Notes: generated from the sequence alone by a model not told the origin. Counted from the stretch's first letter, positions 8,941-22,716 are shown. The stretch is DNA of 64,000 nt from Nitrospinota bacterium (GCA_016212295.1 JACRGO010000237.1:215-64214), one strand, 5' to 3'. Numbers and translations are program-made.

Positions 8941-9301
8941 CTTTACGGAAAAAAATAAAATCGACTTGACAGGAAAGAAATTTGGTATAATACTTTTGTT
9001 ACCTTAACATTTTGGTAAAAAAGAATCAAAATTTGTAGCCGTTCACGGAAATTCCGGGGTTTTGCGTGAATTGAATAATTTCACATCCCCCTGGCCCCCT
9101 TTGCTAAGGGGGAATTAAAAGGGGATGTGCCCATTTACTAAGAGGGAGTTGGCAAAAAACGCTTGCGTCGCATAATTCCCCCCTATCAAGGGGGGGATTA
9201 AGGGGGGTTAACCAACGTAAGTAATGGAGTTAATTTCAATATATGGCGGCGCCCCGTGAACAGTTGCTAAAATTCACAATAGCCCTTTCAGGAGAAAAAT
9301 C

Positions 9302-11323
9302 ATGCATGGAAATAAAAACATGGCTCTGGCTAAAGTCGAAAGAATTCCAAAAAGCCAGGTAGAAAGACGCGGTAAAAAACTTTCCCTTGGTTTCCGCATA
9401 GGTCTTTCCATAGGAATATTCCTGGTCCTGTTTATCATCAATTTCATTTCAGCTTTTTGGGTGATCAAGGAGCAAAAGGACGATGGCGTTATCATCAACC
9501 TTGCCGGAAGGCAGAGGATGCTGACCCAAAAATACGTCAAGGAACTTGCCATTGATCTCATCCCGGAACAAGTGCGGCAGGCGGTCCTTAAATCGGCCAG
9601 GATCGCCACGAGACAGATCCAAGAGGACCGCGCGCTTTACACTAAATCCGTTGTTGGGAAAATGAAAAAAGAGCTGCCGGGATTTTCCGCCAGCCAGAAT
9701 TACCACGAAATTTCAGGCGCGGCGCCCCTTCCCGCGACTTTCGTCCGGGAAGTTTCAGAGGCCATACACGGCTCCGGCCTTTATAGTTACGATCTTTTGA
9801 GCAAATGGAATATCAATCCGAAAAAGGGGCTTCGGGACCCCTTTGAGCAGGAAGCCTTCGAGGAACTCCTCAGGACCGGGACCGGTTCATTCTATCGTTT
9901 CATGGATCACGAGGGCCGGTATGTTTTGCGTTTCGCGACCCCTGACAAGGCTTCGTCCCAGGCCTGCACTGATTGCCATAACAACAGCCCTGAAAGCGCC
10001 AAAAGGGATTTTAAATCAGGTGATCTGATGGGCATTCTCGTGGTCACCATACCGGTAAGCGATGACATCCGCCTTGCCAAGGCCCTTTTCAGCCAAGGAG
10101 CGGATGAGGGCGGCGTGGAGCAGGCCGGCTCCAGCGGCGGCACGGCCAAGGTTTTTGAAATGACCCTTGGCGCCTTGATAAATGGAGGGAAGGCCCCTTT
10201 GGACTTGGCGATGACACTGTTCTCGGACCTGCCGTCCCCGCCCCGCAAGGAGATTGAGGACGCCTTGAAAAATGTTGACAAACTCTGGAAGCAGATGGTT
10301 TTGGACGCGGGAGAATTGCGGCGGGCGGAGGTCAACACTCTGCCCTATCTTAAGGCGTTTCAATCCATCCGTGAGGTCAATTTAAAGGCATTGGATGAGA
10401 TGAACCTCGCCGTGGACGCCTTGCAAAAAGAATCCGACCGGAAGGTTTTTCTCCTGAAAACCACCCAGACCACGCTTCTGGTCCTCTCGGTCCTCGTTTT
10501 CCTGTTCATTCTTTCTTATGTCTTCAGGGGAATAGTGAAGCCTTTAAATAATATTGTCAATTCCCTCAGGGAGAGCATGGAAAACGTTTCCGACGCCTCC
10601 CTGGATATCAGCCAGAACAGCCAGGAAACGGCCGAAGGGGCCTCAAGGCAGGCCGCTGCCTTGCAAGAGAGTTCCGCTTCCCTTGAAGAGATTGCCGCCA
10701 TGGCGAAGGAGAATTCCGGCAACGCCGGAAAGGCGGACAAGTTGGCCGCTGAGACAATGGAGGCCGCAAGGGACGGCGAGGGGGCCATGAACAGAATGAT
10801 CGAGGCCATCCAGGCGGTCCGTGAGTCAGGCGGGAAGACATCGAAAATAATTAATGTCATCAATGAAATCGCCTTTCAGACCAATCTTTTGGCCTTGAAT
10901 GCCGCGGTGGAGGCAGCCAGGGCCGGGGAAGCCGGAAAGGGATTCGCCGTGGTGGCGGAAGAGGTCAGGAACCTGGCCTCCAGATGCGCTGCCGCGGCAA
11001 GGGAGACAAGCCAAACCGTGGAGGACTCGCTTAAAAAGACCGAGACAGGCGCGCTGATTTCGGCGGAGGTGGCAAAGGCATTGGGAGAGATCAGCGGCCA
11101 CGCCAAAAAAGTGAATGAATTTGTGGGCACGATCGCCGAGGCTTCCAAGGAGCAGGCGTCCGGGATAAGCGATATAAACAAAGCGGTTTCCGAGATGGAC
11201 CAAGTTACACAGCAAGCCGCGGCTGGTTCAGAGAGATTGGCCCAGTCAGCCCTTGACCTGAAAAACCAGGCAAGCATCCTGGCCGGGGCCATTGCGGAAT
11301 TGGACCATCTTGTTCATGGATAG
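9302..11323 (+). CDS. methyl-accepting chemotaxis protein with periplasmic heme-c (CxxCH) sensor domain
   Basis: 673 aa. It has an N-terminal TM helix, a PilJ/NIT-like '[13 protein letters not shown]' segment, a 'CTDCH' c-type heme-binding motif in the periplasmic part, a second TM helix, a HAMP domain and the MCP signalling domain ('[32 protein letters not shown]'). Confidence 0.85.
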   Translation: MHGNKNMALAKVERIPKSQVERRGKKLSLGFRIGLSIGIFLVLFIINFISAFWVIKEQKDDGVIINLAGRQRMLTQKYVKELAIDLIPEQVRQAVLKSARIATRQIQEDRALYTKSVVGKMKKELPGFSASQNYHEISGAAPLPATFVREVSEAIHGSGLYSYDLLSKWNINPKKGLRDPFEQEAFEELLRTGTGSFYRFMDHEGRYVLRFATPDKASSQACTDCHNNSPESAKRDFKSGDLMGILVVTIPVSDDIRLAKALFSQGADEGGVEQAGSSGGTAKVFEMTLGALINGGKAPLDLAMTLFSDLPSPPRKEIEDALKNVDKLWKQMVLDAGELRRAEVNTLPYLKAFQSIREVNLKALDEMNLAVDALQKESDRKVFLLKTTQTTLLVLSVLVFLFILSYVFRGIVKPLNNIVNSLRESMENVSDASLDISQNSQETAEGASRQAAALQESSASLEEIAAMAKENSGNAGKADKLAAETMEAARDGEGAMNRMIEAIQAVRESGGKTSKIINVINEIAFQTNLLALNAAVEAARAGEAGKGFAVVAEEVRNLASRCAAAARETSQTVEDSLKKTETGALISAEVAKALGEISGHAKKVNEFVGTIAEASKEQASGISDINKAVSEMDQVTQQAAAGSERLAQSALDLKNQASILAGAIAELDHLVHG

Positions 11324-11434
11324 GGATCAGGAAAACCAAGTGGTATCGGCTCGCGCTAATATTTGTCCATAGCGCTGCCATGAAACGTTTTACTTTTTGC
11401 CGCCTTTTTGAAATTTCAATATTTTTGGCTAGGT

Positions 11435-11908
11435 TTAGTATTCCTCGCCCCTTTCCTTGGCTGCGCCCACAGGCTCATGGAATTCTTCCCCGGCCTCTTC
11501 CCCCGCCTCCTCTACTTCCTGGCTGTAGAGGGTCTTTATTTTCGCCTCGTATTCTTCCTGGATTTTTTCCATCTCCTCCTGGAGTTTCAGAACGTCTCCG
11601 TGGAGTCTTTTGCCTTCCGCGAAAATTCCTTTAACGGTATCTTTTCCCATAATGTCTACTGATGGGTCCTGCTCCCTTAATGTGTAGACCTCGTTTCCAA
11701 GCCGCATCATAACCGCGTCCATTTCCTTTTTCATGGAATGGAGTCTTACCTGCATTCTGGCCAATTTGGCCTTCTCCTCCGCCTTCAAGGTGATCATGGA
11801 GGCCAGTGATTTAATTTTCATGTAGCCCTCGTCAAGATTTTTTTGTAGATTTTTCCACATAATACCACCTCCTTTATTCTTTTTGCTTCTTGTAAATAAT
11901 ATAATCAA
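11435..11908 (-). CDS. hypothetical coiled-coil protein
   Basis: 157 aa, charged and helical, with an acidic C-terminus. No recognisable catalytic motif. Confidence 0.4.
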   Translation of the reverse strand: MIILFTRSKKNKGGGIMWKNLQKNLDEGYMKIKSLASMITLKAEEKAKLARMQVRLHSMKKEMDAVMMRLGNEVYTLREQDPSVDIMGKDTVKGIFAEGKRLHGDVLKLQEEMEKIQEEYEAKIKTLYSQEVEEAGEEAGEEFHEPVGAAKERGEEY

Positions 11909-11956
11909 TTTTTTTGTTTTTTCAATGCCGCTTTTTAAAAAACCTTGACTATAATA

Positions 11957-12547
11957 TCATCCTATGAACCTTCTCACCCTTGGGACCAGGTCGTCCTTGA
12001 TAAGATGACATTTACTTTTCCGCAATCTTGCCCTGGCCCGATTAAGCCGGGATTTTATGGCGGCGATGGAAGTACCTAAAAGCGCCGCGGAATCCTGATT
12101 GGATTTTTCCTCAACCAGGCATAAGAACATTGTTTTTTTTTCCTTATCGCCAAGACCGCCAATGGATTCCAATAAAGATTCAAGGATTATTTTATTCGCC
12201 ACATAAATTAACGGATTATCCTCGCGGGAAGGACCCGGATATATTTCATGGTATTTCTCGGCCACCATGCCTATTTTCGACTCCTTCCTTATGCTCATCA
12301 GGCATTCGTTCACCGCGACCCGGTACAGCCAACTGCTCAGCTTGGAGTTTCCCTGGAAGCCGTCGATTTTTTCGTACACCTTTAAAAACACGTTCTGCGC
12401 CATGTCCTCTATTTCAAAGCGGCCTTTAAAATATTTCCGGCACACATAATGGACCATGGGCTTGTACTCGGTTATAAATGTCTCGAAGGCATCGTGGTCC
12501 CTGGCCCTCAAGCCGGCCAGCATCATTTGCTCCGCTGATTTTTTCAT
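11957..12547 (-). CDS. RNA polymerase sigma-70 factor, ECF subfamily
   Basis: 196 aa. It has region 2 ('YRVAVNECLMSIRK') and region 4 HTH segments characteristic of sigma-24-type factors. Confidence 0.85.
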   Translation of the reverse strand: MKKSAEQMMLAGLRARDHDAFETFITEYKPMVHYVCRKYFKGRFEIEDMAQNVFLKVYEKIDGFQGNSKLSSWLYRVAVNECLMSIRKESKIGMVAEKYHEIYPGPSREDNPLIYVANKIILESLLESIGGLGDKEKKTMFLCLVEEKSNQDSAALLGTSIAAIKSRLNRARARLRKSKCHLIKDDLVPRVRRFIG

Positions 12548-12620
12548 CTTTTTCCCCCTATTTTAGATGCTTGCACATTTGCTCTGAAAATTTATCTTTC
12601 ACAATAAAGAAAGAAAAGGA

Positions 12621-12968
12621 ATTCAACCACAAGGCGCGCAAAGCAGGCACAAAGATCACAAACTCGCCCTCGGAAGCAGATCATTGCGATCAAGGGGCTT
12701 TACCACGTAATCATTTGCCCCTAGGGCGAATGCCTTGTCCCTAAGCTCTATATCCGTCACCGAGGTGACCACAATGACATAAGGCTGCCGCCTGTTGAAG
12801 GAGTTTTAAATATCCCATGATGGAGTTGAAAGGTGATCTTAGATCGTGCGCCACCAGGGACACGAATTTGTCCTTCAGCTTTGTGGCCTCCTCCGCGATC
12901 TCCTTGGCTTTTTTCAGGGATTCTTCAGCAAATTTTTCAACCTCTTCTTGGAGCGCGCATTTCCGCAA
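12621..12968 (-). pseudogene. decayed two-component system remnant (HisKA fragment plus receiver C-terminal fragment)
   Basis: A 75-aa ORF (12741..12968) carries the HisKA H-box 'SLVAHDLRSPFNSIMGY'. Another frame at 12660-12760 encodes 'VVTSVTDIELRDKAFALGANDYVVKPL', the C-terminal part of a receiver domain. Multiple stops separate them, and a 'CACAAAG' repeat copy abuts the fragment at 12621-12668. Confidence 0.4.
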
Positions 12969-13000
12969 CTAAAAATAAAGTACAAGAAGGGTGCCAAAAA

Positions 13001-13208
13001 CTAGCCAAAAATATTTGAAATTTTCAAAAAAGGCGCAATGTTTTTTCACGGCCGGAGATACTTACTCGCCTATTCCTAAAATTTATCTCTAATTTTGTCA
13101 TAAAACGTTTCACTTTTTGCCGCCTTTTTGAAATTTCAAATATTTTTGGCTCATTGCCGAAATGAAATGTGCGAGATAAATTCTCAGAATAGGCGAGTAA
13201 GTATCTAA
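13001..13208. repeat. composite intergenic repeat (mosaic of modules shared with 11383-11430 and 32124-32170)
   Basis: Modules 'ctagccaaaaatatttgaaatt', 'gatacttactcgcctattc' and 'aaacgtttcactttttgccgcctttttgaaatttcaaatatttttggct' recur at 11383-11430 and 32124-32170. The modules also appear as inverted copies within the element. Confidence 0.6.
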
Positions 13209-13527
13209 CTTATTGATTTAACAGGAAGTTGAAATTGATATTGCTGCTGGAAATTACGGAAATTTTCAGATAAAACCAATAGGGAAAGATGAACCGCCTT
13301 ACTAGCCGTGGTGAAACGCCTATGCAAATTCTTGCAGGCTTTTGCTAAAACTTGCAGTCAATTTTTTTCGATCTTCAAGAGATCATTGTTTGCGGAGCGA
13401 AGCTGGACAAATCACTAAAATGCGCCTTTTCCTTTCGGCCCAGCTTTGACAGGCCACAAGCCAAGCCTCAATGGTTTTTCCTGACTCTACTTCATCGAGG
13501 CGTCGAAAAGGGACCTTGAAAGACGTT

Positions 13528-15015
13528 CTATTCCCTGATTTGCTGTGACAAAGCCTCCAGCATGGCCTCCGCTTTCTTCTCCGTCTCCTGGAACTCCATC
13601 TCCGGGACCGAATCCGCCACAATCCCGGCGCCGGTCTGGATATATGCCCTGTCCCCTTTCACCACAATAGTTCTTATGATGATATTCAGGTCCATCCTGC
13701 CGTCAAAGCCGATGTATCCCAATGAGCCGGTATAGGGGCCTCTGCGCGTGGGTTCAATCTCATCAATAATCTCCATGCAGCGGACCTTTGGGCAGCCTGT
13801 TATGGTCCCCCCTGGAAAGCAGGCGGAAAGAATCCCGGCAAGCCCCACCCCTTCCCGGAGCATTCCCTTTATATTGGAAACAATATGCCACACGTGGGAG
13901 TAGGACTCCAGGACCATTAACTCGTCCACTTCAACGGTCCCTGGACGGCAGACGCGGCCCAGATCATTCCTCTCCAGATCCACCAGCATCAGATGCTCCG
14001 CCCTTTCCTTTTCATTAAGGATAAGCTCTTCCGAGAGGCGAAGGTCCTTAACGGCATCGCTCCCCCTGGGCCTTGTTCCAGCAATGGGACGAGTGGATAT
14101 GTTTTGTCCATCGACCTTGACCAGCCGCTCCGGCGAGCAGCAGACCAATGAAAAGCCGTCCAACCGCATAAAGGCTGAAAACGGCGAGGGGTTGATTTCA
14201 AAGAGACGCTCGTAAAGGCCAAAGGGATCGCCGTCAAACTCCATTTCCATGCGACGTGATATATTGGCCTGGTAGACGTCCCCTTCCCTTATATAATCCT
14301 TTACCTTTCTCACGCTTTCCTCAAACTCCCAGCGCGTTTGATTGCACCCAAGCCGCTTGGCCGTCCATTTGGACTTCGCGGATTTATTTGAAATATTCGC
14401 TCCGCAGGCATCCTGGATGCGGCCCACGAATTCCCCCAACCGCTCCAGGCCGAATTGATAAGAATTAGAGGAAGGGTCCATCCCCTCCCCTTCCACCAAA
14501 ACCACCGCCCTTGTTATTCCCGATATGTGGTCCATGACAACCATTTCCATGGGAAAGAAAAAAACCATGTCAGGCAGCTCAATGTCATCCGCGGTGGTAT
14601 CAGGCAAATCTTCAATGAAATGGGCCGCGTCATACCCCAAAAAACCCACGCACCCTCCCCAGAAATGCGGGAGAAGGCCGGGACCGCTCCAGGCTTTAAA
14701 ATCAATTGTCTTCTCTAATTCCAGGATCGGGTTGCCTTGTCTCCTGGTTACTGTCCCGTCTCTTTCAATGATTTCGATTTCGTCCTTCCTGCTTTTAATG
14801 ACCTTGAATGGGCGCCCTCCTGTAAAGGAAAATCTGGAGGTTTTTTCAGGACCAGGGCCGCTCTCCAGCAAGAAGGAATAATTCATGCCTGAGTATAGCT
14901 TTTTGTATAGAGAGCGCGGCATTTCCTTTCCGGCATTAATTTCAGTGGAAAAAGGAAGATGAGAGCGCGTTTTTAAGAGAGATTGATTGATGGCTTCGGA
15001 AGAAAATATCATCAA
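13528..15015 (-). CDS. anthranilate synthase component I / aminodeoxychorismate synthase (TrpE/PabB family)
   Basis: 495 aa with the chorismate-binding enzyme core ('[26 protein letters not shown]', '[15 protein letters not shown]', '[15 protein letters not shown]'). Confidence 0.85.
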   Translation of the reverse strand: MMIFSSEAINQSLLKTRSHLPFSTEINAGKEMPRSLYKKLYSGMNYSFLLESGPGPEKTSRFSFTGGRPFKVIKSRKDEIEIIERDGTVTRRQGNPILELEKTIDFKAWSGPGLLPHFWGGCVGFLGYDAAHFIEDLPDTTADDIELPDMVFFFPMEMVVMDHISGITRAVVLVEGEGMDPSSNSYQFGLERLGEFVGRIQDACGANISNKSAKSKWTAKRLGCNQTRWEFEESVRKVKDYIREGDVYQANISRRMEMEFDGDPFGLYERLFEINPSPFSAFMRLDGFSLVCCSPERLVKVDGQNISTRPIAGTRPRGSDAVKDLRLSEELILNEKERAEHLMLVDLERNDLGRVCRPGTVEVDELMVLESYSHVWHIVSNIKGMLREGVGLAGILSACFPGGTITGCPKVRCMEIIDEIEPTRRGPYTGSLGYIGFDGRMDLNIIIRTIVVKGDRAYIQTGAGIVADSVPEMEFQETEKKAEAMLEALSQQIRE

Positions 15016-15062
15016 AGAAACAGAAATAGTTAGCCACGGATGTCAGCGGAGCGGCGTAGGCG

Positions 15063-15165
15063 CAACCAAAAGGAAGAAATAACCACAAAGGACACAAAAA
15101 ATTCACAAAGAACACGGAGAAAAAACTTTGCGGTCTTTGTGGCTACTTTGTGCGCTCTGTGGTAA
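15063..15165 (+). repeat. 'CACAAAG' intergenic repeat, copy A
   Basis: About 95 % identical over roughly 110 bp to 18172-18280. It contains direct CACAAAG(G/A)ACAC units followed by inverted CTTTGTG units, giving hairpin potential. Confidence 0.7.
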
Positions 15166-15251
15166 AAAAATTTTAAGGTATCGCATCGCGGATTGCAAAT
15201 CCGTAACGGACAAAAGATATGCGCCGCTGTATGTTCAGAAAATAGACGGGA

Positions 15252-15635
15252 TCAATAGTGGGATATTTTTTCTATGAAAAACCTAGCATCCTTCAGTAAT
15301 TCTTTTAAAACTCCGGATGACTTCAAATTCCCTCTGTAATATCCTGCTATATGAAGCTCCTCATAAAGATTATTAAATTTCCTTAGCAGCTTGCCATTAT
15401 GAATCGAGACATGTTTTCTTAAGGCTTCCCTGTAACCATCCACCGACCGTGGGAGCTTCTTTTCAGTTATTCCCCTTTTTAACAGGCATTCATCAATGGC
15501 TTTCAGGACGGCAAGGTAGGCTGTAGAGCAAGCCTCCTTAACGTATTTAACATCAATATAGTCGTTATCCTCTATAGGAGACTTGTTTAATAATTCCCTT
15601 GCGTTCTGAAGGTATCTCAAAGGCCCATTCTTCAT
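15252..15635 (-). CDS. hypothetical protein (DUF5618/HEPN-like helical protein)
   Basis: 127 aa all-helical ORF. The family assignment is by resemblance only. Confidence 0.4.
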   Translation of the reverse strand: MKNGPLRYLQNARELLNKSPIEDNDYIDVKYVKEACSTAYLAVLKAIDECLLKRGITEKKLPRSVDGYREALRKHVSIHNGKLLRKFNNLYEELHIAGYYRGNLKSSGVLKELLKDARFFIEKISHY

Positions 15636-15710
15636 GAGAAAAATTATAGCCTAGGAATTCATGGGTTACAAGCACTATCCCATTCACACTCACTTGACTG
15701 TTTACGGGCT

Positions 15711-16034
15711 TTGCTATACGATTTTATTCAGGAAATAAGGATGCATACCCGCAAGGAGGGCGCTATAAAAGTCATCAAGGGACTTGAAGCTGTAATTTCC
15801 GATTTTACGGAATATAAGTGGAAGGTTACAAAGGATGAGCTGATCGGCGCGATAAGAAAGGAATTTGTAACGAGGGAGTTATTTGAGGAGAGAGTGAACA
15901 CCCTCAAGGTTGAACTGGAAGGGAAAATTGATAAACTGAATCAGAAGTTAAACTTTATGATTATCCTCATGATTATAGCCCTTACCTTGATGAACCCCGT
16001 GATGGCCGAGGTGATAAAGGGATTTTTGAAGTAG
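15711..16034 (+). CDS. hypothetical coiled-coil protein with C-terminal TM anchor (DUF1640-like)
   Basis: 107 aa. A coiled-coil 'VNTLKVELEGKIDKLNQKL' is followed by a hydrophobic C-terminus 'MIILMIIALTLM'. The architecture matches ORF 60362..60835. Confidence 0.4.
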   Translation: MLYDFIQEIRMHTRKEGAIKVIKGLEAVISDFTEYKWKVTKDELIGAIRKEFVTRELFEERVNTLKVELEGKIDKLNQKLNFMIILMIIALTLMNPVMAEVIKGFLK

Positions 16035-16437
16035 GGGCCAACCAATTTTAGATTTAAGATTTTAGATTTGGGATTTTAAATCCCTTCACACAATGACTCA
16101 ATGACCAATGGCTAATTTTCAATTGACAATTGAAAATAACCGAATCCCCTGCCAACCGCTTCCTGATAACTGCCTTTTTCATTACAAATCCGCAACGAGC
16201 GGAATTGGCAAATTCGCAATCCGCAATCCCAAGTTTCCTTGCCCCTTACGCCAGGATTTTAAATCCGGGGATGGTTTTTCCTTTAATTTTATTTTTTTAT
16301 TCTCACACAAAGGCACTAAGCCACAAAGAATCATAACCATTAACCGGGGGCAGTTGTCAGGGTACAGTTATCAGTAAATATCCGGCTTACAACCGCCTTC
16401 CGTTCTCTGCGCCTTTGTGCCTTGGTGTGAGTTATCT

Positions 16438-16710
16438 TTATTCCTCTATCTCCGCCTTGTCCACCAGGACCACCACCTTGTTGTTGCTGGTCTCAAGGAA
16501 GCCGCTCTGGACCCTTACCGTGACGGGAATCAGGTCGCCCGCCTTGCGGATCTCGATCTTGCCCGGCTTAAGGCTGGTCAGCAAGGCCGCATGGTTCGCG
16601 AGGATGCCAAGGTATCCCTCCTTGCCGGGGGCGGTGACGCTTACCACGTCTTCCCTGTACACGACCTTTTGCGGGGTGATTATTTCCAACTGGAATTCTT
16701 TTTCGTTCAT
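16438..16710 (-). CDS. atpC: F1Fo ATP synthase epsilon subunit
   Basis: 90 aa. It has the conserved N-terminal beta-sandwich ('LEIITPQKVVYREDVVSVTAPGKEGYLGILANHAALLTSLKPG') and sits immediately downstream of atpD. Confidence 0.9.
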   Translation of the reverse strand: MNEKEFQLEIITPQKVVYREDVVSVTAPGKEGYLGILANHAALLTSLKPGKIEIRKAGDLIPVTVRVQSGFLETSNNKVVVLVDKAEIEE

Positions 16711-16711
16711 A

Positions 16712-18280
<1,569 letters not shown>

Positions 18281-18394
18281 ACTTTACTGTTATTAACAGT
18301 CTCATAATAGTAGCGACATAACACACCCCGGCCTTCGGCCACCCCTCTCAAGAGGGGAATTTTTATGTATGTTCTATTTTGAGACCGTTAATAA

Positions 18395-18730
18395 TCATTC
18401 ATAAAACCTTTTAACTATATCGAACTGCTTTTTCAAATGATTGGAAAGATTGTCCCTCATCTCCTTGAGAAAGCAATATTCTTCCTCTATTTCCAGCTTG
18501 ATAGCGGCAATGGCCTCTTCTATGGACGGGCCTTCCGCTGTTATGTCAGTGTCCCTGAGTTTTGCCAGGATGTCACCGTTGGCGAAGATGGAAATGGATA
18601 TGTTCGCCTTTTCCCTGGGGAACGAAACCTCCCTGTCGAATTCCAGGACAGGGATGAAATTTTCCTCTTCGCAAAAGGAGCAACCGTGGGCCGATTCTTG
18701 CGATAGTTTTCCTCCCGGATACTTGCCCAT
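18395..18730 (-). CDS. hypothetical protein embedded in the atp operon between atpG and atpD
   Basis: 111 aa. Its start overlaps the atpG stop (coupled). It has 'HGCSFCEEENF' and a C-terminal segment 'ITAEGPSIEEAIAAIKLEIEEEY' faintly reminiscent of UPF0150/HicB-like folds. Confidence 0.4.
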   Translation of the reverse strand: MGKYPGGKLSQESAHGCSFCEEENFIPVLEFDREVSFPREKANISISIFANGDILAKLRDTDITAEGPSIEEAIAAIKLEIEEEYCFLKEMRDNLSNHLKKQFDIVKRFYE

Positions 18731-18732
18731 TC

Positions 18733-19629
18733 TTATCCCGCCTTGATCGCCTCTGACCCTGAGACGATCTCCAGTATTTCCTTTGTGATGCTCGCCTGCC
18801 TGGCCTTGTTATAGCTGAGGGTCAGGGTGTGGATCACTTCCTTGGCGTTGTCCGAGGCGCTCTTCATGGCGACGAGCCTTGCCGCGTGCTCCCCCGCCTG
18901 CGTCTGGGCCAGGGCGTTATATACTTGCGATTCCAGGTATTTCGGGATCAACTCCGCCATCAACTCCTCAGGCTCCGGCTCAAAGAGATAATCGCCGGCC
19001 GCCTTTTTGTCCTTCTCTGCCTTGCGTTGCTGTTGCTCCGCCTCTTCCTCCGATGGCTTTGTGAAGGGGATGAGGGTAAGCGACGTCGGCCGCTGCACCA
19101 TCGGAGAGACGAACTGTGAGTAAATGAGGTCCACCTGGTCGTACTCCCCCTTTTCAAATCCTTCCGAGAGGTCCTTCACAAGCTCTATAATCAGTGAAAG
19201 CTCCAGTTCCCTGTCCGACGGCATATAGGACTTTTTGATTTTGTATCCCCTGCGGGAGAAATAATCCCTGGCCTTCTTCCCCACGCAAAAGAGCATATAT
19301 TCCTTACTGGCGTGCCTTAGCACGTTGTCCTCGGCCTTTCGCAGGATGTTCCCGTTGAAGGCCCCGCAAAGGCCCTTGTTAGAGGTGAGCACGGCCAGGG
19401 CGATTTTTTTCACCGGCCTGTCCTTGAGAAGGGGATGCTGGATATTGCCCGCCGCCTTGCCAAGGCTGTGGACCATTGAGTTTATCTTCTCCGCGTAAGG
19501 CCGGGCGTGTTGAGCCGCAGACTGGGAGCGGCGCAATTTAGCGCCTGCCACCATCTCCATGGTGCGGGTGATCTGCTGTATGTTTTTTACGCCCTTGATT
19601 CTTTTTTTTATGTCGCGAGGCGAAGCCAT
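18733..19629 (-). CDS. atpG: F1Fo ATP synthase gamma subunit
   Basis: 298 aa. It has the conserved N-terminal 'IKKRIKGVKNIQQITRTMEMVAGAKLRR' and the C-terminal helix. Confidence 0.9.
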   Translation of the reverse strand: MASPRDIKKRIKGVKNIQQITRTMEMVAGAKLRRSQSAAQHARPYAEKINSMVHSLGKAAGNIQHPLLKDRPVKKIALAVLTSNKGLCGAFNGNILRKAEDNVLRHASKEYMLFCVGKKARDYFSRRGYKIKKSYMPSDRELELSLIIELVKDLSEGFEKGEYDQVDLIYSQFVSPMVQRPTSLTLIPFTKPSEEEAEQQQRKAEKDKKAAGDYLFEPEPEELMAELIPKYLESQVYNALAQTQAGEHAARLVAMKSASDNAKEVIHTLTLSYNKARQASITKEILEIVSGSEAIKAG

Positions 19630-19726
19630 GTTTTTTTTAAATTTAAATGTTTTGTATTAGCGCAGTCCCACCGCAAAGACGCAAAGAACGCAAAGGAAAT
19701 TTGCGGCGAGCTATTACAATGTTTTT

Positions 19727-21365
<1,639 letters not shown>

Positions 21366-21378
21366 TTTCTTTATGATA

Positions 21379-21915
21379 TTACTTGAGCATGCATTCCTTT
21401 GCTTTTTTAAGGCGCCCGACCACGCTTGCGTCGATTATCTTGGAGCCCATTGTGATCACCAATCCGCCGATGATGTCCGGGTTGATGGACTGGTTTATAA
21501 CAACCTGCTTGCCGGAAATGGCGGAGAGTTTTTTCTTCAAGCCTTCCACCTGCTGGGGAGAAAGGAAAAAGACCGTCTCCACCTCCGCCTTGACTATATT
21601 TTTGTGGCCGTCCGCCAGCCGGGAAAACTCCTCGTGAAGATAAGGCAAAATGTGCTCCCTCCGCTTGTCAACCAGGAGAGACATAAAATTCCTTAGCGCC
21701 GGGTCCAACGATCCGCTGAATATTTTTTCAATGAGCGCCTTCTTCTTGTCCTTTGCGAGCAAGGGATTATTCAAGGTTTGGACAAAGGAAGGGTTGTCCT
21801 TGCAAACCTTATCAACGTTAGCGAGCTGGCCTTCCACCTTGTCCAGGAGTTTTTGCTCAAGGACGGTCTCCATGAATGCCTTGGCGTATCTGCCTAGTAT
21901 GACGCGGTCTATCAA
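21379..21915 (-). CDS. atpH: F1Fo ATP synthase delta subunit
   Basis: 178 aa OSCP-like subunit. Its position between atpF and atpA fits, and it overlaps atpF by 4 nt. Confidence 0.8.
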   Translation of the reverse strand: MIDRVILGRYAKAFMETVLEQKLLDKVEGQLANVDKVCKDNPSFVQTLNNPLLAKDKKKALIEKIFSGSLDPALRNFMSLLVDKRREHILPYLHEEFSRLADGHKNIVKAEVETVFFLSPQQVEGLKKKLSAISGKQVVINQSINPDIIGGLVITMGSKIIDASVVGRLKKAKECMLK

Positions 21916-22412
21916 ACCATTTCTCCCAGATCCTTGATAACGCCATCCGCGATTTTCCTCGCGGCGTTTTCATCAAGCGCGTGGCGCAATATCTTAGTGG
22001 CGGTCACCACGGAAAGGGAAACCACCTGTTCTCGGATTTCCGACATTACTTTCTTTTTCTCGTGTAAAATGTCCTGGGCCGCCTTTTTGCGGATTTCCTC
22101 CCCTTGCTGTTTGGCTTCCTGAAGTATGTCGTCGCGGAAGGACTTTGCTTCCTTTATGGCCTCCTGAAGCTTCTGGTTAGCCGCGGCTTCGGCATCGGAC
22201 AGTTTTTTCGCGTAGTCCTTCTTCATGTTCTCCAGTTCGGATTTCAGCTTTTCCCCCTTTTCCAGGTCGCCTTTGATCCGGCTGCTCCGCTCGTCCAGCA
22301 CCTCCAGAACAGGCGGCAAGGCGAATTTATAAAGGACCAAAAGGAGAATCCCAAAGGATACGATGGACCAAAATACCAAGGGACTCAATAATTGGAGATC
22401 AAACTGCGGCAT
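21912..22412 (-). CDS. atpF: F1Fo ATP synthase subunit b
   Basis: 166 aa. An N-terminal TM helix is followed by a long charged helix ('KKLSDAEAAANQKLQEAIKEAK'). Confidence 0.8.
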   Translation of the reverse strand: MPQFDLQLLSPLVFWSIVSFGILLLVLYKFALPPVLEVLDERSSRIKGDLEKGEKLKSELENMKKDYAKKLSDAEAAANQKLQEAIKEAKSFRDDILQEAKQQGEEIRKKAAQDILHEKKKVMSEIREQVVSLSVVTATKILRHALDENAARKIADGVIKDLGEMV

Positions 22413-22434
22413 TTTTTTACTCCTAAAAAATTTT

Positions 22435-22716
22435 TTAAAAACCGTTTTTATCCGGCCTGTCCTCGCCGGAGTTGTTATTATTAAACTCCTGAAACGCCCT
22501 GTAAATATTTAAAAATCCCGCCGCGCCTCCGAAGATCAATCCCAACAGCATCAGCCAGGGGGAGGAGCCTAAATACTCGTCCAGCAGATATCCGCCGTAA
22601 GTCCCGATAAGAACGGAAATAACCAATTCCGAACCGATTCTTGACGCGAACCCAAGACCCGATCCAATGTTTTTTGGCTCGGTCCCCACGTTTTTCTCCA
22701 GGACTTTTTGCTTCAA
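22435..22716 (-). CDS. AtpZ/AtpI-family small membrane protein
   Basis: 93 aa with two TM helices and a GxxxG-rich pattern ('LIGTYGGYLLD...LGLIFGGAAGF'). It lies upstream of atpF. Confidence 0.55.
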   Translation of the reverse strand: MKQKVLEKNVGTEPKNIGSGLGFASRIGSELVISVLIGTYGGYLLDEYLGSSPWLMLLGLIFGGAAGFLNIYRAFQEFNNNNSGEDRPDKNGF

